A DNA stretch of 64,000 bases from Planktothrix sp. GU0601_MAG3 (GTDB lineage: Bacteria > Cyanobacteriota > Cyanobacteriia > Cyanobacteriales > Microcoleaceae), in the NCBI GenBank assembly GCA_035193785.1, contig CP136572.1:1908578-1972577 (forward strand), written 5' to 3'. The position numbers were made by a program, and so were the translations under genes. Below the pieces are notes generated by a model, which saw only the letters and a program-made list of their open reading frames with translations, had not been told where the DNA came from and ran no database searches. This document shows positions 51,046 to 62,582 of the stretch, one piece after another (the stretch's first letter is position 1; every line of letters begins with the position of its first letter).

Positions 51046-51493
51046 TTGACACTCCCCCCCCTGAAGGAGTGGGGATAGGCGGGTAGGATTCTGTCGAAAA
51101 AACAGTCACTAGACATAAACTGGGAGTGGGGAAGCACGAAGGTTTCAGCTTAGGGAAGGAAAAACGACTCACCACAGTTTTAACCGCCATGGGAAATGAT
51201 AAAATACCAGCAGCAAGTAGGAACAACCATCTACGCGAAGAGGTGTTTTTTCAGGAGTAACCCCTGACTTGCCCCGCACCTACAAAATTGTAGCCGGAGG
51301 GCAAGCAAGCAAAGGAAAAACGCGGAGCGTACCAAATTGGCATGGTGATGGACTCGGAAAGCCAAAAAATGGTACAAATAAGCGCAATTACAGCATCTTT
51401 TTGATAGTTGTTTTGAGTGTCTAGGGGATGTTTGACTATCCCTTTTAAGCAAGTCTTAAAGAATCTGCCCCTCTTTACAGGGCAGGGTGTCAA
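51046..51493. mobile_element. Non-autonomous IS200/IS605-like remnant (both hairpin ends present, no transposase or TnpB)
   Basis: Left end TTGACACTCCCCCCCCTGAAGGAGTGGGGAT; right end GAATCTGCCCCTCTTTACAGGGCAGGGTGTCAA; internal hairpins; only spurious short ORFs inside. Confidence 0.6.
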
Positions 51494-51522
51494 ATATCAA
51501 TTTTGCATATTTGAGGTTAACA

Positions 51523-52360
51523 ATGAGATATCGCGCTTTGGTTGCTGCACTATTAGCAATCTGTTTAACCGTACTTACAGCTTGTTCTGATGGCCCAGAG
51601 GCTAAAGATCCTAAGCTGCTGACCTATGATGATATTAGAAATACAGGGTTGGCTGTCAACTGTCCAACTTTGCCCGAAACTGCCCGGGGTTTCTATTCCG
51701 ATTGAGAGTGGAAAGTCCTACAGTATCAGTGGTTTGTGTATGCAACCCACCAGCTATTTTGTTAAAGAAGAACCCACCAACAAACGCAAAGAAGCCGAAT
51801 TCGTTCCGGGTCGTCTATTAACCCGATTCACCTATAGCTTAGATCAAATTTCGGGTAACCTGCTGGTGGGTTCCGATGGTAAACTCACCTTTGAAGAAAA
51901 AGATGGAATTGATTTCCAACCGATTACGGTTTTATTACCCGGCGGCGAAGAAGTTCCTTTCTTATTTACGGTTAAAGGGTTAGTGGCGAGTTCTCAACCG
52001 GGATTATCCAGTATCAATACTTCTACGGATTTACGGGGAGATTTTAACGTCCCTTCCTATCGAGGCGCCAACTTCTTAGATCCTAAAGCCCGTGGGGTGA
52101 ATGCTGGCTATGACAACGCCGTTGCTTTACCAGCAACCGCCGATGGAGTCGATTTAAGCACTGCTAATGTCAAGTTAGCCGATACCAAAGTTAAAGCGGG
52201 TCGGATTTCCCTACAAGTTTCTAAAATCGACAGCGAAACCGGGGAAGTGGCTGGAATTTTTGAAAGTGAACAGCCTTCTGATGATGATTTGGGTGCGAAG
52301 GAATCCTTGGATGTGAAGGTTCGGGGTGTCTTCTATGGTCGGATTGATGCCGATGCCTAA
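51523..52360 (+). CDS. psbO: Photosystem II manganese-stabilising protein (~278 aa; +1 insertion at ~51691)
   Basis: 'MRYRALVAALLAICL', 'LTYDDIRNTGLA..CP', 'DGIDFQPITVLLPGGEEVPFLFTVK', 'PSYRGANFLDPKARG' and 'FESEQPSDDDLG'. Confidence 0.96.
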
Positions 52361-52833
52361 GCTCACCTATCAATAGATTAACCCGTGATTTGATGCAGGA
52401 AGAATGGGGGATCAACAGTTACCTGTCTTATGTTTGTGGACTTGATCACTAACTGATGATAAGTAAGGGTTCAACCCTCGGCCTTCCTGAAATTAACACA
52501 AAAATTTTTCGCCAAGTAGGTATATATAATTCCCAATTTCCAAAAATATCAATCAAATTTCTCTAAATATCTTGCGTTAAACCTATGAGTTGGGCTATAA
52601 TGATGGGTTATTAGCCCTAATAGTATATATAAATTTACTAAAGCTAGGCTCCTAGCCGATGGCTTAAAAGTCCTCGTTTAGTGCTTGAGCGACCTCACGT
52701 TGACTATTTAATATGGGTTCAGAGTCTCCCCTGTGTTGGGGCAAACCCTCTAACCTCCCATCCGATGAAAGCCCAGTGTGGTCAAGATTGATACGCAACT
52801 AATTAGCCAGCCCCACCAACGCAGGATATTGTC

Positions 52834-53607
52834 ATGCCTACCCAAGTTGTCAACTACCCCAGAGGAGAAAGTTTAGAACTGTTGCACCAATATCAGCAGT
52901 CTTATTCCAAGGATATCCGCAACCGGATTGTTCAGTTAAATATTGGATTGGTGCGTAAGGAGGTACACCATTGGGTGAACCAGTGTACGGAAAGTTATGA
53001 GGATTTGCTTCAAGTCGGTTGTATCGGCTTGATTCGTGCGATTGAACGATTTGATCTGTCGAAGGGTCATGCCTTTAGTTCCTTTGCGATTCCCTATATT
53101 CGGGGGGAAATTCAGCACTATTTAAGGGATAAAAGCCCGTCGGTACGGGTTCCCCGTCAATGGTTAGCCCTACAACGGCAATCTGTAAAGGTAATTCAAG
53201 AACTTCAGTTAGAACTCAAGCGCCCGCCCACGGATGGAGAAGTGGCGGAGGCTTTGGAAATTTCTGTGAATGAGTGGAACCAGGTGAAGCTGGCTAATAG
53301 CAACCGTTCTGTGCTGAGTTTGGATGCTCCGATTCAGGATGGGGAAGATGGGACAACCTGTTTGGGGGAATTAGTTCCCGATGGTCGTTATCGGAGTTTT
53401 CAGTTGGCGCAGGAGGATCAAATTCGTGTCCAGCAGGCCTTAGCTAAATTGGAGGACGGAACCCGTAAGGTTTTGGAGTTTGTGTTTCTGTATGATTTAA
53501 CCCAGAAGGAAACGGCGGAACGTTTGGGAATTAGTTCGGTGACGGTTTCCCGTCGGGTGAAAAAGGGGTTGAGTTCTTTGCAGAAAATGATGTCTGGTGG
53601 TGAGTAG
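52834..53607 (+). CDS. sigF: Group 3 alternative sigma factor, SigF/SigJ type
   Basis: 'RNRIVQLNIGLV', 'EDLLQVGCIGLIRAIERFD', 'FAIPYIRGEIQHYLRD' and region 4 'LTQKETAERLGISSVTVSR'. Confidence 0.85.
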   Translation: MPTQVVNYPRGESLELLHQYQQSYSKDIRNRIVQLNIGLVRKEVHHWVNQCTESYEDLLQVGCIGLIRAIERFDLSKGHAFSSFAIPYIRGEIQHYLRDKSPSVRVPRQWLALQRQSVKVIQELQLELKRPPTDGEVAEALEISVNEWNQVKLANSNRSVLSLDAPIQDGEDGTTCLGELVPDGRYRSFQLAQEDQIRVQQALAKLEDGTRKVLEFVFLYDLTQKETAERLGISSVTVSRRVKKGLSSLQKMMSGGE

Positions 53608-53714
53608 TTGGGTTGTGGTCAAATAGGAAACAACCACCAAGCCACTAAGACACAAAGAAATAGGGAAAAATATTCAACTGATTTTCTCTGGGCGTGTAGA
53701 TCCCCCCTAGCCCC

Positions 53715-53917
53715 CAGGGCTGTTTCATTCTTTGTAGGGGCAATCCCCCCGTGGTTGCCCCAATCCCCCCGTGGTTGCCCCAATCCCCCCGTGGTTGCCC
53801 CAATCCCCCCGTGGTTGCCCCAATCCCTGAAACGCCTGCAAATCTGGGATGGGGAGGGTAGGCACGGGGGCACTACCCCTACAAAACCCGGGTTTCCCTG
53901 AGAATGAAACAGCCCTG
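53715..53917. mobile_element. 203-bp MITE with 17-bp TIRs and a 10-bp target-site duplication
   Basis: CAGGGCTGTTTCATTCT at 53715-53731 and AGAATGAAACAGCCCTG at 53901-53917, flanked by CCCTAGCCCC at 53705-53714 and 53918-53927. Confidence 0.85.
53741..53826. repeat. 20-bp tandem repeat CAATCCCCCCGTGGTTGCCC x4
   Basis: Four exact head-to-tail copies plus a partial fifth, with no spacers. Confidence 0.95.
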
Positions 53918-54152
53918 CCCTAGCCCCCCTTAAAAAGGGGGGAACTGGATTGATGAGTCCCGCTTTTTCAGGGGTGATTCATAAATCCTGAAAAGGGGGA
54001 AACTGTGTTCATAAGTCCTCCTTTTTAATGGGGGATTTAGGGGGATCTGGTCTGGGATGAAAACAATCAGATTACTGCTTGAGTTGATTACAAAGGTACT
54101 AGGGCAGGAAAAAAGGAATGTGGGGCATGGGTGTGGGTTAATATCGTATTTT

Positions 54153-54797
54153 TTAATAACAATAGCGACCATTAGTATTGGGTTTGATATTTTCCTTTCC
54201 AATGCGGGTTACACCGAGAACGGTGGAAATAATTACGCAGCGTTTGGTCTTGCCGAGGTCGGGATGGTTCAGGGTGATGGTTCCGAGGGCTTGTAAACTG
54301 GTTTGGGTGCATTCGTCGTTGGGGGAGTAGACGGGACAGCCTTTGTGGTTGAACAGGGTGCGGTACATTTGGCTTGAGGTGGTGACTTGATTGGTGGTGG
54401 GGTTAATTTTGCGGAGGGTGGTTTCGAGTTGGCCTTTGGGGTTGGGTTGTTTATCATCAATGATGATACCTGGTGTTAGGGTGCTCCAATTGCCAGCAGA
54501 TAGTTGAATTGGGGGGATATTAGCGGGATGGAGGGCAAATTGAATGCTGGTGGGGGTTTCTTTGATGCTGACTTGCCATGGGGTTTTATCCCGTTTGGCA
54601 TTGCTTTGAGCCATTTTGAATGCCCATTGTAGTTGTTCTGTGGAGGTCTTTAGGCGGTAGCGGTTGATGAAGCCTAACCAACTGGGGACAACCATGGCAC
54701 TGAGAATACCAATGATTAATATAACGATTAGGAGTTCAATTAGGGTAAATCCTTGATAGGATACGGGGCGATCGCAGGTCTTTTTTTTGTTGATCAT
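54153..54797 (-). CDS. Type IV minor pilin/pseudopilin (HpsD-like), paralogue 2
   Basis: Prepilin cleavage motif 'QGFTLIELLIVILIIGIL'; C-terminal cysteines. Confidence 0.85.
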   Translation of the reverse strand: MINKKKTCDRPVSYQGFTLIELLIVILIIGILSAMVVPSWLGFINRYRLKTSTEQLQWAFKMAQSNAKRDKTPWQVSIKETPTSIQFALHPANIPPIQLSAGNWSTLTPGIIIDDKQPNPKGQLETTLRKINPTTNQVTTSSQMYRTLFNHKGCPVYSPNDECTQTSLQALGTITLNHPDLGKTKRCVIISTVLGVTRIGKENIKPNTNGRYCY

Positions 54798-55007
54798 GAA
54801 AGCACGCCTGATTTCAACGGAGAAGGTTATGTTTGTTGAACGAACTTAACTACCAGTTTGCTAGAAAGTCAGGGGCTTTGACCACGGGAGAATTACGGAT
54901 TTTTTAAAACTATTTTGAACATTGAAAGATTAATCAATCTGTGGATATTACGGAGTTATAGGTATGCTCCCCTAATCTGCTATTAATCAATTCAGAGGTT
55001 TTAATAA

Positions 55008-55598
55008 TTAATTTGGTAAATTACAAGCGGTATTCTCTGCGGTTTTTATTGAACCCAATAATCCATCAACGATGATACATTTTCTTGTATTTTGACCTAG
55101 ATCTTTATGAGATAATGTTAATTTTTGAGGTAAAATTAGATTGGTTTGTGTGCATTCTTCTGTTGACTTTTCTACAGGACAACCTTTATTATTAAACACA
55201 ATAGCTGTATTACCATTGTTTAATAAAGTTGTTTTAGTAGTATCGATATCAACTTTTTCTGCTCCTACTTCCCATATAGAAGGGGTTGAACCAGCCGTAT
55301 GAGTTGACCATTTTACTACGTCATTATTGTCTTGCTTGATACTAACTTGCCATGCTGTTCTATCGGCTTTGGCTTTGCTTTGGGCGGCTTGCATGGCTCT
55401 ATAAATTTTTCCTTGGGTATCCCGTAAACTTTGATTATTAGTAAAAGCCAGCCAACCAGGGGCGGCGATCGCACTTAAAATACCAATCATTAGAACAACC
55501 ACCATTAACTCAATTAAAGTAAATCCGCTAGTTGACTGATTCTTTTTAATCAGTGGAGTTCTTGAGAAATATATTGTTTTGATCAAAGAATTAAACAT
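55008..55598 (-). CDS. Type IV minor pilin/pseudopilin (HpsD-like), paralogue 1
   Basis: 'SGFTLIELMVVVLMIGILSAIAAPGWLAF'; follows hpsC. Confidence 0.85.
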   Translation of the reverse strand: MFNSLIKTIYFSRTPLIKKNQSTSGFTLIELMVVVLMIGILSAIAAPGWLAFTNNQSLRDTQGKIYRAMQAAQSKAKADRTAWQVSIKQDNNDVVKWSTHTAGSTPSIWEVGAEKVDIDTTKTTLLNNGNTAIVFNNKGCPVEKSTEECTQTNLILPQKLTLSHKDLGQNTRKCIIVDGLLGSIKTAENTACNLPN

Positions 55599-55669
55599 AG
55601 TATTGACCTTTTTTTTGATGGTTTTTTGAACGTTTTTAAAATTTAAAGGGATCTATTTTTTGAATTAAT

Positions 55670-56750
55670 TTATTTAGATGGTGCTGGGCCACCAATCCCT
55701 CGAATGGTAACACTTGCTGTAGGAAAATATGAACGTTTCTCAGGTTTATATTCAGCATCAGCTTGAATTCGTCGTAAAGCATTACCCCGCAGGTTAATTT
55801 GTACGACTTTTTTATCGGCTCTTGAGTCTACGCAAGCATAAAAGCTATTTGTACTATTTGTAGTTGTATTAATCCTTAATTTAGCTTCTGTGATTAGTGG
55901 ATCTGTAATCCCTAAAGCTTGGCGACATTTATCTGCACCCAGTTTCTAATTGATTAGCTGTAGTCGCTACCGTTGCATCAATATAATTTACTAAAACTTG
56001 GGGCGGTGTTGCTGGATCAGTATTAAAGCTTCCTGCACCCTTAGTTACATTTGTATTAACAGTAAGTGGACTGAAGGAAGAATCAAACAGACTATTAAAT
56101 GCGGCTCTCTGTTTCTGGGAGTCTTTGAGCTTTGCAACAGCATAGAGAGATCCCGCATTAGGGTCTTTTAATCCATCATGGACTTGATATCTAACAATTT
56201 GTTTAGGACAGGTTTCATTAGGTTCAGCAGGAGGGGGTTGACACGAAGCACTATTAGCAGCAGTATCAACTAAGTAGTAAGCCACTAAGGACAGGACGTA
56301 ACTATCATTACAATACTTGTTTGGGTCTGTGCTTGAGTTATCACAATCTTTAGGGTCTCTCATGGAAGGGTTGATCCCACCTGCGGGAATTGATTCCCTC
56401 ATAATCTGCCGTTTCCAAAATACTAAAATCGGCTCTCCGGTAGTAGGAAGCTGAGTTTTTTTAAGTTCCGTCACTCCAGTATTATCATAAACATAAATAG
56501 CTTGGCTTAAATCTTCTGCAATGAAATCAAGGGCTGATTGCAATTCCTGTTCGGTTGTCGCTTTAGCGGATTCTCGACTATCATCATTCAATAGACCCAA
56601 AACAAAGCCCATCAATGGAGTAATAATCAAAAAAGCAATAACCGTACCCACTAGAAGCTCAATCATGGTCATTCCACCGATGGCTTCTTTAGTTTTTATC
56701 TGGCTTTTTTTAGGCTTAACTTTTAGTATGAACTGAAATAAACTGAGCAT
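55670..56750 (-). CDS. hpsC: Hormogonium polysaccharide secretion pseudopilin HpsC (~359 aa; +1 insertion at ~55943)
   Basis: 'GMTMIELLVGTVIAFLIITPLMGF...AKATTEQELQSALDFIAEDLSQAIYVYD' and 'PILVFWKR'; repaired C-terminus '...NLRGNALRRI...PAPSK*'; AGGAG RBS before ATG 56750. Confidence 0.8.
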
Positions 56751-56822
56751 AACCGCTCCTTTTTTTAGGTTGTAATTAATCAAAAATTTACAAAATCTAA
56801 CTAACAATAACTAAAGCTATTG

Positions 56823-57494
56823 TTAGGGTGATGTTTTTAATCGATTCTGAAGATCATTAAATGATGACGTTCCACTACTCGGTGAAACTTCTGTCGTCAT
56901 TTGAGCTAAAGGTAATTTGCGATCGCCAAGAGCATTAGTTACAAGACTATTAGATTTGATAGGTGGTTGTGTAAGGGTGATATCAGCAGCGAAGGAATTC
57001 GCTCGATAGACTCGTACACCCAAACTGTAACCAACTTTTGGATCTGTAGCTGTGGGATGATAGGCGGCTCCTTGAACAATCATGTCCGTAACACTGTTTG
57101 TTGTACAAGTCCCATCCCCATCAAAATCAACACAATAGAGTTGATAATCAGGACTTGTGGGAGTGGTACATAATTTGCCTGCAATGCAGTCTAAGGTTCC
57201 TGTATTTGGGGCTGCTACTGACTGCAATGCAGTTGTTTTTGGTGTGGGACGGGTAACAACACCCAGCTTATCAGTAACAATATTCGACTTAACGGCATCA
57301 ATATAGGTTTTTCCCGCTTGAGCCGATAACTCTACCCGTTTGGCCTGTACACGAGTTCCCACGGAAAAGGCAATCACAGGGCCAACTAATGCCAACATCA
57401 CCGATGCCACAACAATTGCCATTACCCCCTCAAGGATGGTGTAGCCAGCTTGGGAAGACCGACCAGTAATATAGAAAGATTTGGGTTTAATCAT
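56823..57494 (-). CDS. hpsB: Pseudopilin HpsB
   Basis: 'AGYTILEGVMAIVV...GTRVQAKRVELSAQAGKTYID' and 'GYSLGVRVYRA'; lies between hpsA and hpsC. Confidence 0.78.
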   Translation of the reverse strand: MIKPKSFYITGRSSQAGYTILEGVMAIVVASVMLALVGPVIAFSVGTRVQAKRVELSAQAGKTYIDAVKSNIVTDKLGVVTRPTPKTTALQSVAAPNTGTLDCIAGKLCTTPTSPDYQLYCVDFDGDGTCTTNSVTDMIVQGAAYHPTATDPKVGYSLGVRVYRANSFAADITLTQPPIKSNSLVTNALGDRKLPLAQMTTEVSPSSGTSSFNDLQNRLKTSP

Positions 57495-57511
57495 GGTGTT
57501 CTCCGGGTTAA

Positions 57512-60500
57512 TTAGCCTCCATATTTAGTACAGCCTATGTCTGGTGGACGATTTTCCTCACTATCAGGTATTGCACACAATAGAGCTTTCACCCAAGGAT
57601 CATCTCGACCGACTTCTCGGAAGTATCGATTGGGTTGACCGTCGAGCTTTCCAAAGTTTTTAGTAAATAGATCGGGTTTCAGGATAAACCTGGGACAAAA
57701 GACCCACATCATATCCCCAGTTTCTTCCAGGAGCTATGAAATAAGCAATCCGACCCGAACCGCTAGAGTTAGCGTAAACGTTCATATTACTCAAGAAAAT
57801 GTTGGCAGGTGGGGTATTTGACCGGATGCTTTGATAGGGTGCTGTGGCATAGGCACTACGTCCGAGTTGTACAAATGATCCTGAAATCGTGATGTTTTTT
57901 GCGGGTGTTGGGGTACCCCAGTTTTCAATAACGCGGACAATATTTTGCAGACCTCCGTTGGTTTCTCCCCCGACATTACTAGCATTTCCAGGACGGGAGG
58001 GAACATCCCCCGCAGCAACAACTAAGTTATAGATGGTATCTGTCGCTTGAGGAAACCATCGAGTGGCATTGGCATTACCTGCCGCGCTGGCATTTGCGGG
58101 TAAACCAGACGTCTGTGTTGGGGCTTGAATTTGCAAGATCGGCACCAAGCGGGGATGATCAATCCGATCCGGTGTATTATAAGTTTCATTGTAGTACCAC
58201 AAAGGTTCGTTGGCACTATAACCCCAGTCCCCTATGGTTGGGCTATTAGGGGTACCTATCTTAGCTGTTTTGATGGTTCTGAAAAATAGAGCATTGCTTT
58301 GTGTGCGTGGTTTTTCAGTCGAGAATTTCTTACAGGTTTTAAAGTCAGTATCATAGGTGTAGCATTGAACCTTACCAGCACTATTAATTCCTAATGGGAC
58401 TGGTTTATTATTAACTAATTCCAACACACCAGAATTATTCCGTAAAAATGCAATACGACGGGGATAACGTTGATCATTTCGATCTAAGGGGGGTAAAACC
58501 GTTGTACCAGATAAAAGTGATGCGACCAGTGCTGCATCCGTGACTATTTTGGGGAGAGTATCTGGGTCTACCATTTCGGCTTTGAGTTGTTCTTCAGCCA
58601 CGCTACCAACCACCCAATCATCAGGGCCACAGCTAGAAACTGGTAACTTCCGACAAATCTCCATCACATATTCTGAGAAACTTCCTCGTCGCTGAATCGG
58701 AGTGACAAAGTTATTGAAATAGGTACTACTGAGTGGTGTTGTTCCAGTATTGACAATGTAGTTAGCATCGGTTTGTGTCGTTACATTGTCATTAGCATCT
58801 AACAATTGTCCATCTCGATTAATATCAAAGCTGGCTATTTTACCTGCCAATCTGTTTGTGTTTCTGCCACTGCTTAACCCATTAGTAACAAAATTGTTAT
58901 AGGGTTGGAAACCATTCAACATTCGCGCACCTTTAGCCGTAATTTCGGCTTTTGGGACTGATACGGGATCTAGTTTGCCATTTCCATTTAAGTCAATCTT
59001 TAAGGCAACTTCCGATAGTGTATTAGGAACTTCAGGCAAGTCATAACCAACAACAGTATTCCCGGCATTATTTCTTAGGTCAAAATCTCCTTCATTCCGA
59101 TAGCCAAATTTTGGATAGGTTGCAGTAGCAGGTTTGAAATTACTGGATAATAAAGTAACTGCATCGGCTAAAATATTAGCCTGCCGCCAGTCATCTCCTG
59201 TGTTACAGACAAAACCCGGTTGTTGACGAGACGGATCACCTGCCCGACAAGCAAAGTTCGGGTTTAACCCGGTAACGACCATAAAAATTCGCCCAGTCAG
59301 TGACATTGGGTGTATCACCTGTAAACTCCCCTTGGGTATGGAGATTGAAGTCCCCTTGAATATAAACAGGTAAGTTAGAAACTAGGGTTATGCCTTTTTC
59401 TCGACGCACTTCTTCTGAGGTTGCATAGCTGGTTTTCCGTCCCAGTTTTGAACCATTGACCAGCAAAATACCATTAGGCCGACGGGTAGGATCAAGTTTA
59501 TAATCTGTTGGACTCAGTTCCCGGGCCAGGTCTTCGTCAATTTTGCCCGCTACAGTGGAATCACGATTACTGCGATCGGGTAAAGCATCATCCCGGGTGG
59601 CATAGATAACGCCACTAAAGGGGAGCATATAGTCCTTGCCACCTTCGAGGTAGTCTAATACGGGCGTTTCGGTGTATGAAATCGTATTGGTTCGCAACAG
59701 GTTTAAATCAATCTGAGTCGCCCTAATTTCCAGAGGAAAGCGGTGTTCTAAGGGCAGTTGATAGGTTGTTGTTAAGTTAGCAGCACCCGTCGTCAACGGA
59801 CTACTGAGGGTGAAGGTTTCATCAACTGTTGTTGCGGGATCATCGTTATCCACCGCCTTGATTTCTCTGGCATTGAGGAGAGTGACTTCCTGAATCGCAT
59901 TATCGGGTAAACTGGCTGGTGCCGATCCCAGACTCACCAGAGGACTTCCCATAATGCCAATGGCGCACATCGCCGTATCTACAGCCGATTGTTCTGATAA
60001 GGTTCGTTGAGTATCAGCTTTAAGTAAGGCTTTCCGCAGGGGTTCATTCACAAAACGACCATCGGGGAAAACATAGTTGGCTTGTTTGGCTAGTTCTCCT
60101 AAAATAGTTGCGCTTGTTGTGAATAATCCGGTTGTGGTATCGTAGGCCGCTACTCCTGGCCGGGATGTGGTTGGGGGGCCATAAACTTTACCGTTATTTG
60201 ACTTAGCCACATCGTCCGCACCGGAAATAGCTGCTGTTGCATTCCCAGCCGTAATAACATTACTTGGATCGTAGTAACTGCTGACACAAGCAATGGGTTT
60301 TTGTTCAAGTTCAGTTGGGGGGTTAAAGGCATCCTGAGCATAGTGATAAACAGCCGTTGCTCGCATCCGCAGATCCCCTTGGGATTTTGCAGCAGCGAAA
60401 TTAACCCAAAGTGCAGACGATGGAGTAAAGGGAGTCTTAGGAGAAACCATCGGCATTATATAAGCCCGTGTTGTCATAAACCTTTGAACCCACACCCGGA

Positions 60501-62582
60501 GACATCGGCATTGTATCCGGCCAAACAATCGGAAACTTTTCTATGGCTGTTGTGACTGGATCATTGTAGGTTGGGCTATTTTCAACAACGGTTGTAGTGG
60601 TAGGATCATCCCACATGGGAGGAGGTAAGAAGGAGTTAATGCGATCGTAAATTCCTGCACCTGTAACCACCCTTAAACCACCCACACCATCAAAAATCGA
60701 AAGAGGTTTTTTAGCGGCGGTTTTTTCCCAATAGCCATCCCGCTTGATATCTCCCGCAGATGCAATTTGTTTACTCTGGGTGGTGCGAGTTCGTGGGCTA
60801 TTATCATCAGTCCAGGTATCAGTAGCACCGCGTTTTTCTTCGGCAGCAACCCATTTTTTATCGGTATTCAACATCAGGGAAGGTAAGTTGTTTCCCGCTA
60901 AAACCCGATCCCCTAAATAGGTTTCCGTGCCCTTTGCCTTCTTCTCTGGGTTGGTGGCTTCAAGTTGATTGAGTTTGAGTGTAACTTTTGTCAGATTGTC
61001 CTTAATCAGAGTCCATGTGTCAGGGGGACGTAGGGTTTCCTTATCTCCTGCATCTACAGTCAGAGGGCTAGTTCCACTTGGAGGTAAACCATAGGGAGCT
61101 AAAGCATCGCCTCCAACCGCAACCTCCGCAAAAGGTACTTTCCGCAGCCGAGCTTTAAAATATTTATTGAGTTCTTCTTTGCGAACATCTGCACGGGTCA
61201 AACTCGGATCTTCCGCCATCCGCCGATTTACTTGTTGATTAACCTCGGTGGGATCTTGGGTTTCAGCACTTTGGGCTTGCCATTTAACTAAAGCAATTAA
61301 TCTTTCTCGGAAAGCCCCATCATTAAATAATCCTTTTGAGACTCCATCATTACTATTGTTTAGGGATTCATTCGTAGTGGAAATTGTGCCAGATATGGGA
61401 TCATCAATGCCTTGGATCAGGTCAATAGTAATATCATTTCGGTTTACTTGGTCAACCATGCCATTGATGACATTTCCTGAAACTTTCAGTTTCGCTAAGT
61501 CTTCATTATAGTAACAAGATTCTTTCGCACTAACTTGATAAATTCTTAAAGGATTAGTGAACCGTGAAATGATCAAGTTTCCCTGGGTCGATAAACCACC
61601 ATTAAAGTTAAAGGCAGGAGCGGGAGCTAGTTCTAAGTCATTTTCATACTCTACTCCACTGAGAAAATATTGCGTCCAGTCTTGTTGATATTCTAAAGCT
61701 GAATAACTGGGTGCTCCAGTATATTTTTCATAAGTTTTACCTGTAATTTTAGGAATATTTGTTGTATCTTGAATAGGTACAGTCACAGTGTAGACAAAGA
61801 AGGGTTTCTGAATTCCGCCTTTACCTTTAGCAAAATCACATTTAGCATCGCTTTTGCCTAGTTTCACTGGTTCTGCTCTAGCATCTAAATAACTTCTTTT
61901 TGCAGTGTAATCCGCAGCACCATTTCTAAAAAATATTCCGTATAATATAAAGCTATCGTATTTACCATTGTTATCAGTATCAACGGGAAATCTCCAAGCG
62001 GTGTTAATTTGTTCGTTATCTTTAAAGTCTTCGTCTGGATTGACTAACAAACCTGCGCTTGCTGCGGGTACAGTAGTAGCACTACCATTAGGCTGAATAG
62101 TCCCGTCATTGTTCTCGTCAAACTTAACAGCAAGAACTTTCTCATCCCCAAATGTATATTTATCGTTATTGGGAGTAGTTTGTAAAGACGTTAACTTTTT
62201 ATATAATGCTTCTTCCGAGATATCTGGATTAGTTTTAGTTTCTTCTACTAATAATTGTTCTATCTTTGCATTAGCCCGATCTACTGCGGGTGTAGCAGCT
62301 TCTAAAGCGGCTTTACTGGCTCTGACAAACTGAGCATTTTGCGCCCGATCCATTGACCGCAACATAATTGTTACACTCAATAATACGACCACAAGAATCA
62401 CCATCGTCACCGTCGGCAACACAAAACCCGCCCGACCATAACGATCCTGGCGGTTGAGGCTCATCCAAACCCTGAGAAGCGATCGCATTGTCCCCCGGGT
62501 CAGGCGTTTAAAACCAATCCGGATCGAACGGAAACCAGGACAGAATGGGGTTAGAGAACTTGTTGTTGTGATGTTGTGACAT
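57512..62582 (-). CDS. hpsA: Hormogonium polysaccharide biosynthesis protein HpsA (~1688 aa; four +1 insertions at ~62533, 60444, 59274, 57678)
   Basis: 'AGFVLPTVTMVILVVVLL', 'AWRFPVDTDNNGKYDS', 'GGLRVVTGAGIY', 'MRATAVYHY', 'LPVYIQGDFNLH' and 'RNWGYDVGLLSQ'; 5071-4=5067 nt = 1689 codons. Confidence 0.85.

Noticed and set aside
51017..51493. Short ORFs 51017-51226, 51231-51452 and 51251-51493
   Set aside because: They lie within the IS-like remnant and show no transposase or TnpB motifs.
53741..53826. Possible CRISPR array (20-bp repeats)
   Set aside because: The repeats are head-to-tail with no spacers, lie inside a MITE, and there are no cas genes.
53608..54296. ORFs 53608-53901, 53619-53873, 53930-54202 and 54057-54296
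   Set aside because: They are translations of nested repeats or antisense shadows of the pilin gene.
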